The translations under genes and the position numbers were made by a program. The notes beneath the pieces were generated by a model. That model saw only the letters and a program-made list of their open reading frames with translations. It was not told where the DNA came from and made no database searches. A stretch of 35,631 nucleotides of DNA from an uncultured Candidatus Saccharibacteria bacterium (GTDB lineage Bacteria > Patescibacteriota > Saccharimonadia > Saccharimonadales > JANWIN01), in contig CAYYAF010000001.1 of NCBI GenBank assembly GCA_964469975.1, forward strand, positions 1 to 35,631. Reading direction: 5' to 3'. This document shows, in pieces, positions 23,790-32,464 of the stretch. Position 1 is the stretch's first letter. Every line of letters begins with the position of its first letter.

Positions 23790-24581
23790 ATGTTAAATAG
23801 TACGTTCACGAAAACTATATACACCAAACGCTGGATGCTTATAAGCTGGTTCGTGGGAATGACAGCATTGGTTGTTTTTACTATGGTTTTTTATCCATCG
23901 CTCAGTAAGTCATTCAGCCAGGCGTTACAGAGTGTGCCAGACTCCTTAAAAGCATTTATAGGAAGCAGCGAAAATTACACTACCATTGCTGGCTATGCAG
24001 ATTTGCAAATTTTCTTTCAATTTTCATACATTGTGTTGATATTCGGTGTCATTTTGTTTACTGGAGTGCTGGCGGGTGAAGAAACTGAAGGTACATTGCA
24101 AACGCTACTAGCACAACCAGTTAAGCGTTCAAGGATATACATTGAAAAACTTTTGGCCAGTTGTGTTCTACTGCTTGGTGTATGTTTAAGCTTGGCGTTC
24201 GGCGTAGTCATTGGTTTACTTTTAATACATGAGAGTTTGGGAGCAACAAGGTTGCTTATCTCTGTGTTGGATGAATTTATGATAGTTTTGGTTTTTAGTG
24301 CCCTTGGTTATACCATCGGTGCCGCTACCGGTAAACGAGCTATAGCTGGTGGTATTGCCGGAATTTTAGCGTTTACTAGCTTATTAATTAGTTCTTTAGC
24401 TGAGTCTGTTAAAGTCCTTAAACCAGTTGATAAATTTTCGCCGTTTCATTATTTTGATAAACCAGGGATTTTGTTGCACGGTGTGCGCTGGAGCGATATG
24501 GGAATTTTATTTGTAATAAGCGTTGCGATCTTAATAATTGGATACTTCCTATTTTTAAAACGTGATATATACCAGCGTTAA
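23790..24581 (+). CDS. ABC-2 type transporter permease
   Basis: 263-aa ORF with 6 TM helices, starting 2 nt after the ATPase stop. Confidence 0.75.
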   Translation: MLNSTFTKTIYTKRWMLISWFVGMTALVVFTMVFYPSLSKSFSQALQSVPDSLKAFIGSSENYTTIAGYADLQIFFQFSYIVLIFGVILFTGVLAGEETEGTLQTLLAQPVKRSRIYIEKLLASCVLLLGVCLSLAFGVVIGLLLIHESLGATRLLISVLDEFMIVLVFSALGYTIGAATGKRAIAGGIAGILAFTSLLISSLAESVKVLKPVDKFSPFHYFDKPGILLHGVRWSDMGILFVISVAILIIGYFLFLKRDIYQR

Positions 24582-24666
24582 CACTATATTAACTGGTGAG
24601 ACAATTTTTGATTGCTATGTTAGTATTGTCAATATAAGCTAAATAAAGATAAAAAAAGGAAAGTTT

Positions 24667-25848
24667 GTGGCCAAACAGCATATCGTAATAGTCGGCGGCG
24701 GATTTGGTGGCGTTAAAACAGCTTTAATGTTGTCTGAAAGCCCATTAGTTGACGTCACACTAGTATGTGACCATCCAGATTTTCGTTATTATCCGAGTCT
24801 ATACAGAACCGCAACCGGTGGTCGTAAATATATTGCCAGTATTCCATTGAAAGAAATTTTTGTTGACAAAGATGTAAATATTGTCAATGACAGTGTGTCA
24901 AAGATTAATAAGGTATCTTCTGAACTAGAAACTATAAGCGGGCAAAAAATAAAATATAACACGCTGGTTTTAGCGCTCGGCGTACAAACTAATTATTTTG
25001 GTATTACTGGACTTAAGGAATTTTCTTACGGCATTAAAAATGCTGACGAAGCAGTACGTTTAAAGCGGCACTTGCACCAGCAGATGCTTGAAGATAAAAG
25101 ACCAGACCTTAACTACGTAGTTGTTGGTGGGGGGCCGACCGGGGTGGAGCTGGCCGGTGCTCTACTATCTTACTTACATAATGTTGCTAAAAATCACGGG
25201 ATACATGGTCGTGCTATTCATGTAAGTTTGGTGGAGGCATCATCACGCCTACTGCCGCGCATGCCAAAAGATATGGGCAATATGGTAGCACGTCACTTTA
25301 GGAAACTGGGCATAAAGTTATACCTTAGCCAGTCAGTAAAAGCTGAAACCGCAGATCAGTTGATGTTAGGTGATAAAAAACTTGATAGCCATACAGTTAT
25401 CTGGACGGCCGGCGTTACCAACCATCCGTTTTTCGCTGAAAATGGCTTCCAGATGACTAAAAACAATAAAGTTAGAGTAGATCAATTTTTGCAAGCTGAG
25501 CCTAATATTTATGTTATAGGCGATAATGCAGACACCCCGTATAGTGGCATGGCGCAAACAGCCTTAAGCGATGGAGAATATATTGCAAATAACATCCTCC
25601 GCACTTCCAATAACAAAGATAAAGAACCGTATGTGGCAAAAAAACCAATATATGTATTCCCGGCCGGTGCACATTGGTCCGCTGTCCTATGGGGCAATAT
25701 TCGCATATACGGCAGGTTAGGAGCCTACCTTAGGCGGTTAGCCGACTTAATTGCCTACCATGACTATGAGCCATGGCAACTGGCTACGAAACGATGGTTA
25801 GCCCAAGGTGACAACGAAGAAGAATGTATAGTTTGCTCTAAACTTTAG
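24667..25848 (+). CDS. ndh: Type II NADH dehydrogenase-like FAD/NAD(P) oxidoreductase
   Basis: GTG start with AAGGAAAG SD. Two dinucleotide-binding motifs, IVIVGGGFGGV and VVVGGGPTGVELAG, plus IYVIGDNA. Confidence 0.75.
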   Translation: MAKQHIVIVGGGFGGVKTALMLSESPLVDVTLVCDHPDFRYYPSLYRTATGGRKYIASIPLKEIFVDKDVNIVNDSVSKINKVSSELETISGQKIKYNTLVLALGVQTNYFGITGLKEFSYGIKNADEAVRLKRHLHQQMLEDKRPDLNYVVVGGGPTGVELAGALLSYLHNVAKNHGIHGRAIHVSLVEASSRLLPRMPKDMGNMVARHFRKLGIKLYLSQSVKAETADQLMLGDKKLDSHTVIWTAGVTNHPFFAENGFQMTKNNKVRVDQFLQAEPNIYVIGDNADTPYSGMAQTALSDGEYIANNILRTSNNKDKEPYVAKKPIYVFPAGAHWSAVLWGNIRIYGRLGAYLRRLADLIAYHDYEPWQLATKRWLAQGDNEEECIVCSKL

Positions 25849-26494
25849 AGTTGCTTTTAGTCTTACGCCATTTTTCTATCTGAGCATGATTACCGCTAAG
25901 TAAAACCGATGGGACTTTCGCGCCCCTAAAATCTTCTGGACGCGTATATTGAGGAAATTCGATATTTTTATCATTAGTTTGAAATGACTCAATTTCTATC
26001 GATTTTTCTCCTCCCAAAACTCCCGGTAATAAGCGCACAACACTATCAATAATTACCATAGCCGGTACTTCCCCACCCGTCAGAACATAATTGCCTATAC
26101 AGAATTGTTTATCAACAAATTTAGTAATGCGTTCGTCATAGCCTTCATAGCGTGGACATACAAGAATTAATCCAACAGATTTTTTTGCTAGCACTTTAGC
26201 ATCAGACTGTTTATATATTTTGCCTCTTGGAGTCGGCAAAATAACAACCGCTTCAGGGTCATTCTTTTTTGCCAGTTCAATTGCCGTGACAATAGGTTCT
26301 GGTTTAAATAGCATGCCGTTACCACCTCCGTACGGAGTATCGTCCACCTGCTTTCTGGGGCCGAGGCCGAAATCCCGCAGATTAATATAGCTTATATCAA
26401 CAATTTCTTTATCTTGCGCTTTAAAAAGCATACTTGAATTAAGCACGCCGATAAACATATCTGGAAAAAGTGTAATAATTTGTATTTTCACCAT
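25838..26494 (-). CDS. trmD: tRNA (guanine37-N1)-methyltransferase
   Basis: 218-aa ORF with IITLFPDMF, YGGGNGMLFKPEP, CPRYEGYDERI, IGNYVLTGGE and LLSGNHAQIEKWR. Confidence 0.9.
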   Translation of the reverse strand: MVKIQIITLFPDMFIGVLNSSMLFKAQDKEIVDISYINLRDFGLGPRKQVDDTPYGGGNGMLFKPEPIVTAIELAKKNDPEAVVILPTPRGKIYKQSDAKVLAKKSVGLILVCPRYEGYDERITKFVDKQFCIGNYVLTGGEVPAMVIIDSVVRLLPGVLGGEKSIEIESFQTNDKNIEFPQYTRPEDFRGAKVPSVLLSGNHAQIEKWRKTKSNSKV

Positions 26495-26592
26495 TTTATT
26501 GTATCAAATATTCAGAGAAAAGAGCAGCGAGCATGCCGTTTAGGGTCGGCATAGCCGATGAGCAATGAGACAAACCGTAGGTTTGTCTCATT

Positions 26593-26623
26593 AATAAACA
26601 AAAAGAACCCTCTCGCAGGGTTC
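26593..26623 (-). terminator. Rho-independent terminator after the rpsP-KH unit
   Basis: Minus strand reads gaaccct-gcgag-agggttc followed by tttttgtttatt. Confidence 0.65.
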
Positions 26624-26708
26624 CTTTTGTCACATAAAGCTCCCACCTTAGTGGCTCGCAATGAGCTTTTGATTGTTTATGTTTAAAGTTCGTCTTTTGA
26701 CAGAGGTA

Positions 26709-27146
26709 TTATACCTCTAAATCATCTAGTTCTTCAAGCTCTTTTCTAGTTTTGCTAATTACGCTGTCGTGGTCGTCTTGGTCTTCCTTGGTTTCGGTAA
26801 TCTCCTCTGCCTTTGTTTCTTCTGGCTCGTCTGTCTTTGGTGCCTTGGTATCGTCGTCATGTCTTTTAGGTCGGTCATACTCTTTACGCTCGTGCGGCTC
26901 ACCATTATCTACAATTTTAAGATTATAGCGAGCGTCGTTTTTGGTACCCAAAGCTCGCAGAAGTGTGCGTAAACTTTGGGCGGTTGCGCCACGCTTACCA
27001 ATTACACGTCCTAGATCTTCTGGGTCAACCGTTAACTCCAGCAAAACACCTTTTTCATCTATACGGCGGTCAATCTTGACTTCATCTGGTTTACTAACGA
27101 GTGACTTTACAATAAATTCTACAAATTGTTGGTCAATACTGCTCAT
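26709..27146 (-). CDS. KH-domain RNA-binding protein (YlqC/UPF0109-like) with a long acidic C-terminal tail
   Basis: The ATG at 27146 is preceded by AAGGGAGG. The KH core is LELTVDPEDLGRVIGKRGATAQSLRTLL. The about 65-aa tail is rich in D/E/K/T. Confidence 0.8.
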   Translation of the reverse strand: MSSIDQQFVEFIVKSLVSKPDEVKIDRRIDEKGVLLELTVDPEDLGRVIGKRGATAQSLRTLLRALGTKNDARYNLKIVDNGEPHERKEYDRPKRHDDDTKAPKTDEPEETKAEEITETKEDQDDHDSVISKTRKELEELDDLEV

Positions 27147-27210
27147 TTTCCGGCCTCCCTTTACAAGTGCTGTCAAATTATTATATCAAATCTAGGTATT
27201 GAAGCTAAGT

Positions 27211-27717
27211 TTATTTGTTTTCGGCTTCAGGCGCAGGTTCCGCAGCTGACTCTTCTTTAGGTGACTCAACTTCCTCTAAAGTTTCTGATTCTGGTTCTTG
27301 TGTTTTTGGTTTTTGCTCCGTATTTTCCGCAGGGGTTTCTTCTACCACTGCTTCAGCATCTACTCTTTCAGCCGCTTCCTTTGGCTCCTCGGTTTTAGCT
27401 TCAGCTGGTTGGTTTTTGCGAAGTTTCTCAGGGTTTTTAGCCTTGCCAGCTTTTTTCTTGTTTACAGTTACCCATTTAGGCAATTTGATACCTTCTTCTT
27501 TAAACAATTTGGCGACTCTTTCAGATGGTTGGGCACCATTATTAAGAAAAGTCTGAGCTTGATCTTTCACCAGGGTGTTCGTCTTAGCGTGTGGATTATA
27601 ACTACCTAGTAGCGCTACGTACTTGCCGCTTTTTGGCGACCAACGGGAATCTTGAACTACTACTCTAAACTGAGCATGACCACGGCGACCAATTCGTTGC
27701 AAACGAATAGCTAACAT
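27211..27717 (-). CDS. rpsP: 30S ribosomal protein S16 with an about 85-aa E/K/P/A-rich C-terminal extension
   Basis: The N-terminus MLAIRLQRIGRRGHAQFRVVV...GSYNP is canonical S16. GTAGGAGAG SD. Confidence 0.9.
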   Translation of the reverse strand: MLAIRLQRIGRRGHAQFRVVVQDSRWSPKSGKYVALLGSYNPHAKTNTLVKDQAQTFLNNGAQPSERVAKLFKEEGIKLPKWVTVNKKKAGKAKNPEKLRKNQPAEAKTEEPKEAAERVDAEAVVEETPAENTEQKPKTQEPESETLEEVESPKEESAAEPAPEAENK

Positions 27718-27768
27718 TTATATCCTGACTCTCCTACTTAAATTTACGCGTATAAAATAGTCCTAGCA

Positions 27769-27797
27769 ATTTTACAGATATGCACCCCTTATGTCAA
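27769..27797 (-). promoter_or_regulatory. Strong sigma70-like promoter for rpsP
   Basis: Minus strand TTGACA-N17-TAAAAT, immediately downstream of the rnc stop. Confidence 0.6.
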
Positions 27798-27800
27798 CTC

Positions 27801-28499
27801 TTATGATTGATAGGTTTTAAGAGCTGCCTCGGCGGCGGCAACTTGACCGGCCTGCTTGCTAGGGCCAACACCTTGTCCTTTAATTTCCCCGTTAACCAGG
27901 ACACCTATGGTAAAAGTCTTATCATGATCAGGCCCTTCTTCGCTCAACACTTTATAAATAGGTGTAAAACCTTCCTTGCTTTGGACTAATTCTTGTAGTA
28001 CTGATTTTGGATCCATCCAACTGCCTTCAGCTAAAATATCTTTGAAAGTAACTATTAGGCTGTTTTCTATAAATTGCCTAGCTGCTTCGTAGCCTTGATC
28101 TAAATAAATAGCTCCTATTACTGCTTCATAAGCGTTGGCTAAAATTTGTGCTCTGGCCCTATTCGTGCCGCGGCGTTCGCCACGGCTTAGCCGAAGTAAA
28201 GGTTCAAACTCAAATCTATTAGCTGCGGAACCGATGCTTTCTGTTCTAACCAAAGCACTGCGCCAGTTAGTCAACACACCTTCTGGATCGTTAAAATGAT
28301 TGTACAAATGCTCGGTCACAACTAGTTCCAGTACAGCATCACCCAAAAATTCCAAGCGTTCGTTGTGCTCCTTAACAGTTTTACGGTGCTCATTTACATA
28401 GGACCGATGGGTAAAAGCTGTGACTAGCAGATCTAGATTGTTAAAAGCTACGCCCAGTTTTTGTTTGGCAAAAGTTTGATAAACGCTAAAGTCCTGCAT
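27801..28499 (-). CDS. rnc: Ribonuclease III
   Basis: RNase III signature ERLEFLGDAVLELVV and a C-terminal dsRBD (GPDHDKTF...G.GPSKQAGQVAAA). Confidence 0.9.
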   Translation of the reverse strand: MQDFSVYQTFAKQKLGVAFNNLDLLVTAFTHRSYVNEHRKTVKEHNERLEFLGDAVLELVVTEHLYNHFNDPEGVLTNWRSALVRTESIGSAANRFEFEPLLRLSRGERRGTNRARAQILANAYEAVIGAIYLDQGYEAARQFIENSLIVTFKDILAEGSWMDPKSVLQELVQSKEGFTPIYKVLSEEGPDHDKTFTIGVLVNGEIKGQGVGPSKQAGQVAAAEAALKTYQS

Positions 28500-28986
28500 G
28501 CCTTATTTTTTTCAGTCCTAGTAATATTATTTTTCCAATGTCTTCGTACTCAATTTTATCAAGAGCTTCATTAGCTGAAAACCATTTTATGCCGTTCATC
28601 CAATCTTCTGGTTTTAGGGCGTTAGTATCACCTTGAGCTTTGACTAAAAATATATCCGTGGTCATAAGTACTAGGCTTTGTTGACGTCGATATCTAAAGT
28701 TAATTTTGCCTAGCCAATTCAGTACTTTTACGTCTTTTAGTCCCGTTTCTTCACGAATTTCACGTTCGGCAGTATCTTTAGCTTCTTCACCTTCTTCAAT
28801 GTGGCCTTTAGGAATAGTCCAGCGATTTTTGGCGTCTTGTATTAGCAAAATTTCTGTACCGTTATTTTTACTATTACGCCTAAAAATCACACCGCCTGCA
28901 GTTGGTTCACGTACCACTTCACTAATTGCCGGGCGGCGCCGGTGTACAAACTTTTTGAATCCTTGTATTGGTTTGGGCCGTTTCAT
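28486..28986 (-). CDS. NUDIX hydrolase
   Basis: Nudix box [23 protein letters not shown]. Overlaps the nusB stop by 4 nt and the rnc start by 14 nt. Confidence 0.85.
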   Translation of the reverse strand: MKRPKPIQGFKKFVHRRRPAISEVVREPTAGGVIFRRNSKNNGTEILLIQDAKNRWTIPKGHIEEGEEAKDTAEREIREETGLKDVKVLNWLGKINFRYRRQQSLVLMTTDIFLVKAQGDTNALKPEDWMNGIKWFSANEALDKIEYEDIGKIILLGLKKIRHAGL

Positions 28987-29453
28987 TTTTTTGCCACCTT
29001 CTTGGTCTTAATTTTTTTAGTTTGCTTGGCTTCCTGTTGTTTTAGCAAAGTACCTAAAACGCCATTTATGAACTTTGAACTATTGTCGCCGCCAAAAGCC
29101 TTAGCTAGTTCGACTGCTTCATTTATAACCACTTTAGGAGGCACGCCTTTGCCGAAAAGTAGTTCATAAACTCCTATTCTTAGTACAATTCTATCCATTC
29201 TGGCAATTTGGTCTATTGGCCATTCCGGTGCTAGCGGTTGTAATATAGTATCTATTTCGCTCTGCTTTGAAATGATTCCGTGAACCAAGACAGTTATGAA
29301 ATCTTGATCATCAATGGTCTGCTGATAGCGACTGATATTACGCGCCAGAATATCGTCAACCTTAACTTGGCTATCCCCACATTCTAAACGAAAGTCCTGC
29401 TCGTAAAGTGTTTGCAGTGCTACTATGCGGCCAAGATGACGATTTGCACTCAT
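28983..29453 (-). CDS. nusB: Transcription antitermination factor NusB (Lys-rich tail)
   Basis: 156-aa ORF with R..A.Q.LY, the [24 protein letters not shown] block, and the C-terminal [14 protein letters not shown]. Confidence 0.85.
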   Translation of the reverse strand: MSANRHLGRIVALQTLYEQDFRLECGDSQVKVDDILARNISRYQQTIDDQDFITVLVHGIISKQSEIDTILQPLAPEWPIDQIARMDRIVLRIGVYELLFGKGVPPKVVINEAVELAKAFGGDNSSKFINGVLGTLLKQQEAKQTKKIKTKKVAKK

Positions 29454-29487
29454 ATTGTTAAGTTCCGTTTAATTTCTATTATAGCTG

Positions 29488-29637
29488 TTATTTAACAGTA
29501 GCTTTGCCGGATTCTCGGCGAGTTGTGTAGACTTTAACCGGCGACCGGGCATTAACCGCTCTGGCCAGTTTTAGGGCTAAGTGACTGCGCCTCGTGCCGG
29601 TACGGCGCGGGCTGGTTCGCTTTTTGGGCTTTCCCAT
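29488..29637 (-). CDS. rpmF: 50S ribosomal protein L32
   Basis: Hand translation gives MGKPKKRTSPRRTGTRRSHLALKLARAVNARSPVKVYTTRRESGKATVK, which carries the L32 N-terminal KKRTS..R...RRSH motif. AGGAGAG SD 8 nt upstream. It is below the ORF-track cutoff. Confidence 0.75.
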   Translation of the reverse strand: MGKPKKRTSPRRTGTRRSHLALKLARAVNARSPVKVYTTRRESGKATVK

Positions 29638-29760
29638 GAGAGTTTGGCTCTCCTATCTGTAATTATGATAATAACTTGCCTCTTATTCTATCGCTTTTCC
29701 TTATTTTACTCAAGTAAGAAACTAACTGCATAAATTCTTCAAACTTGTTATGAATATACT

Positions 29761-29988
29761 ATGAGTGAAATTTTTAAGCAGCAGCCACCAAATTTAAAAA
29801 AAGATGCTGAAAGCATAGAAAACTTTGCTTTAGCCAGAAAAATTTTAGCCGACATTATTGGATATTCTGGTGTCGAGCAGGCTAACGTTATACCAAGGCC
29901 AATTGATGAACTATCAACACATGGCACAACTCTTCCCAGCGCAGAGAAAACCTTGTTTAACAGAGATAGCTCTGGCGGAGATAGTTAA
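29761..29988 (+). CDS. Hypothetical 75-aa protein
   Basis: ORF with balanced composition, with TGtTATGAA 6 nt upstream of the ATG. Its stop overlaps the leuS stop (convergent, 4 nt). No recognisable family. Confidence 0.35.
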   Translation: MSEIFKQQPPNLKKDAESIENFALARKILADIIGYSGVEQANVIPRPIDELSTHGTTLPSAEKTLFNRDSSGGDS

Positions 29989-32420
29989 ACTACAAAATTT
30001 ACTAATTTACTAGGTACAAAAACGGTCTTTTTTATTTGTTTATCATCTAGATAAGCTTTAACTCTAGGGTTGGCCTTAGCGGCAGTAACAATTTGCTCTT
30101 CAGTGCTTGCACTCGGTAGTTCAATATTAGCCCTAACCTTACCGTTAACTTGAATCACAATAGTAACAAAGTCAGATAAAAGGTATTTAGGATCGTGAAC
30201 TGGCCATGGACCTGTGTGAATTGTGTCTTTGTTACCAATTTCGTGCCAAAGTTCCTCAGCAATATGAGGAGCGAATGGCGCGAGCATTAACAGTAAATCA
30301 TTAATAGCTTTAGGCCATTCTTCGGAGTTAAAGTTATCTTCGGCCTTAATTTTGTACAAACTATTAACGTACTCCATTAAGGCTGCTACTGCGGTATTTA
30401 AGCCTAGCTCTTCTATGTCTTGGCTAACTTTGGCGATTATTTGGTGGCGTAACATTTTAATATCTTGGCCTCTGTTAGAGCCTTTGCCTGGTTTTGCGTT
30501 TATATATTCCTGTACAAGAGTCCAAACTCTTTGCAAAAAGCGAAAAGTGCCGCCAATGCCTTCTATACTCCAATTAGCTGATTGATCCCATGGGCCAATA
30601 AACAATTCCATTAGCCTAATTGAATCAGCTCCATAGCCTTGATCAATCAACCCGTCTGGCTCAATAGTGTTGCCTTTACTTTTACTCATTTTTTGACCGT
30701 CGGGTGCAAGTATCATGCCCTGATTACGCAGAGTAGTAAAAGGTTCCTGAAAGTTAATTAAGCCTTCATCAAACATTACCTTAGTCCAAAACCGCGCATA
30801 AAGTAGATGCATAACGGCATGTTCAGCTCCGCCAATATAATCATCTACCGGCAGCCAGAATTCGGCTTTGACCTTGTCAAAGGGTGCTTTGTTGTTGTGC
30901 GGATCTGCAAAGCGTAAGAAATACCAGCTGCTGCAGGCAAAGCCGTCCATAGTGTCAGTTTCGCGCTCAGCTTTGCCGCCACATTTAGGGCAAGTAGTGT
31001 TAACAAAACTTGGGATATTAGCCAGCGGGCTTCGTCCGTCACCGCTTGGTTCAAACTTTTTAAGCTCAGGGAGTTCTACCGGAAGATTTTTCTCCGGTAC
31101 AGCTACTACTCCGTCTTTAGGACAATGAATTATGGGAATTGGCGCACCCCAGTAACGTTGGCGGCTAATTAACCAGTCACGAACTTTGTAGTTGGTTTTT
31201 TCTTTTGCATGATCTTTTTTGGTCAGATCTGCTACAATTTTTTCTCTAGCTAAATTACTAACAACATCATTATAACTGCCTGAGTTTACAAGCTGTCCTT
31301 CGCCGCTATAACATCCTTTAAATCCTTTTGGTGATTTAATTACTTCTACAACCGGCAGTTTGAATTTATTTGCAAATTCCCAGTCACGTTCATCATGCGC
31401 AGGTACTGCCATAATAGCCCCTGTGCCGTAGCCCATTAACACGTAATCTGCTACCCACATAGGGATTTCTTTATTATTGACCGGGTTTAACGCATATGCG
31501 CCGGTAAATACTCCGGTTTTTTCACGTTCGGTTTCTTGCCTTTCAATATCAGATTTAGCAAGTGACTTTTTAATATAGTTATCGACTTGAGATTCACAAT
31601 CTTTAGTAGTGACTTGAGCTACCAGCGGATGCTCAGGAGCTAAAACTATAAAAGTAGCGCCAAATAGTGTGTCTGGCCTGGTTGTAAATACTTTTATGTT
31701 CTTTTTTGTCCCGCTGATTTTAAAATTAATTTCAGCGCCCTGGCTTCTACCTATCCAATTACGCTGCATAGTCTTAATAGACTCAGTCCAATTAACGTTA
31801 TCTAAGTCTTTTTCTAACCTATCAGCGTAATCAGTAATCTTAAAAAACCACTGTTTAAGGGCTTTCTTTTCTACTTCATTACCGCAGCGCCAGCACCGTC
31901 CATTTTCTACTTGTTCGTTGGCCAGTACAGTTTTATCGTATGGACACCACCACTGCAAACTTTCTTGTTGATAAGCTAAGCCGCGTTTATAAAGTAACAA
32001 AAAGAACCACTGCGTCCATTTGTAATAATTTGGGTCAGTACTGTCAATTTCGCGGCTCCAGTCATAACTAAAGCCCATTTGCATAAGCTGATTTTTGAAT
32101 TTCTTGGTGTTTTCATCAACGGCTTTTCTAGGGCTGACCTGATTTTTAATAGCGTAGTTTTCAGCCGGCAAACCAAAGCCATCCCAGCCCATGGGGTGAA
32201 GTACGTTATGGCCGCGCATTCTGTTAAATCGAGCTATGGCATCACCAATAGTATAGTTACGCACATGACCAACGTGCATGGCGGCTCCGCTTGGGTATGG
32301 AAAATACTCCAAAACGTAGCGTTTAGATTTTTTTGGGTCCTCGCTAGCTTGGTAAATTTTGGAGTCTTCCCAAATTTTTTGCCATTTGGGTTCTAGTTCT
32401 TTTGGATTATAACGCCTCAT
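29985..32420 (-). CDS. leuS: Leucine--tRNA ligase
   Basis: 811-aa ORF with the HIGH-type motif (HVGHVRNY), KMSKS, and LeuRS-specific editing and Zn regions. Confidence 0.95.
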   Translation of the reverse strand: MRRYNPKELEPKWQKIWEDSKIYQASEDPKKSKRYVLEYFPYPSGAAMHVGHVRNYTIGDAIARFNRMRGHNVLHPMGWDGFGLPAENYAIKNQVSPRKAVDENTKKFKNQLMQMGFSYDWSREIDSTDPNYYKWTQWFFLLLYKRGLAYQQESLQWWCPYDKTVLANEQVENGRCWRCGNEVEKKALKQWFFKITDYADRLEKDLDNVNWTESIKTMQRNWIGRSQGAEINFKISGTKKNIKVFTTRPDTLFGATFIVLAPEHPLVAQVTTKDCESQVDNYIKKSLAKSDIERQETEREKTGVFTGAYALNPVNNKEIPMWVADYVLMGYGTGAIMAVPAHDERDWEFANKFKLPVVEVIKSPKGFKGCYSGEGQLVNSGSYNDVVSNLAREKIVADLTKKDHAKEKTNYKVRDWLISRQRYWGAPIPIIHCPKDGVVAVPEKNLPVELPELKKFEPSGDGRSPLANIPSFVNTTCPKCGGKAERETDTMDGFACSSWYFLRFADPHNNKAPFDKVKAEFWLPVDDYIGGAEHAVMHLLYARFWTKVMFDEGLINFQEPFTTLRNQGMILAPDGQKMSKSKGNTIEPDGLIDQGYGADSIRLMELFIGPWDQSANWSIEGIGGTFRFLQRVWTLVQEYINAKPGKGSNRGQDIKMLRHQIIAKVSQDIEELGLNTAVAALMEYVNSLYKIKAEDNFNSEEWPKAINDLLLMLAPFAPHIAEELWHEIGNKDTIHTGPWPVHDPKYLLSDFVTIVIQVNGKVRANIELPSASTEEQIVTAAKANPRVKAYLDDKQIKKTVFVPSKLVNFVV

Positions 32421-32464
32421 TTATAAACAGTATAAGATATTTAACCCCTGTTGTCATGCGTAAG

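Noticed and set aside
26495-26505. trmD as another leaderless gene (TGaTACAAT).
   Set aside because: The -10 box ends only 3 nt before the ATG, which is too close for a start at the ATG. I kept it as a possible promoter only, using the GTG second codon or another start.
26769-27609. Plus-strand ORFs 26769..26972, 26941..27195, 27215..27556 and 27298..27609.
   Set aside because: They are antisense to the repetitive acidic-tail coding regions of the KH protein and S16. Their Ser/Phe/Leu-rich low-complexity products mirror the GA-rich sense strand, and they have no SD or promoter.
32421-32464. T-box leader upstream of leuS.
   Set aside because: Only 44 nt separate leuS from ilvE, which is far too short for a T-box. 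The region instead holds a TATACT-N8-ATG arrangement.
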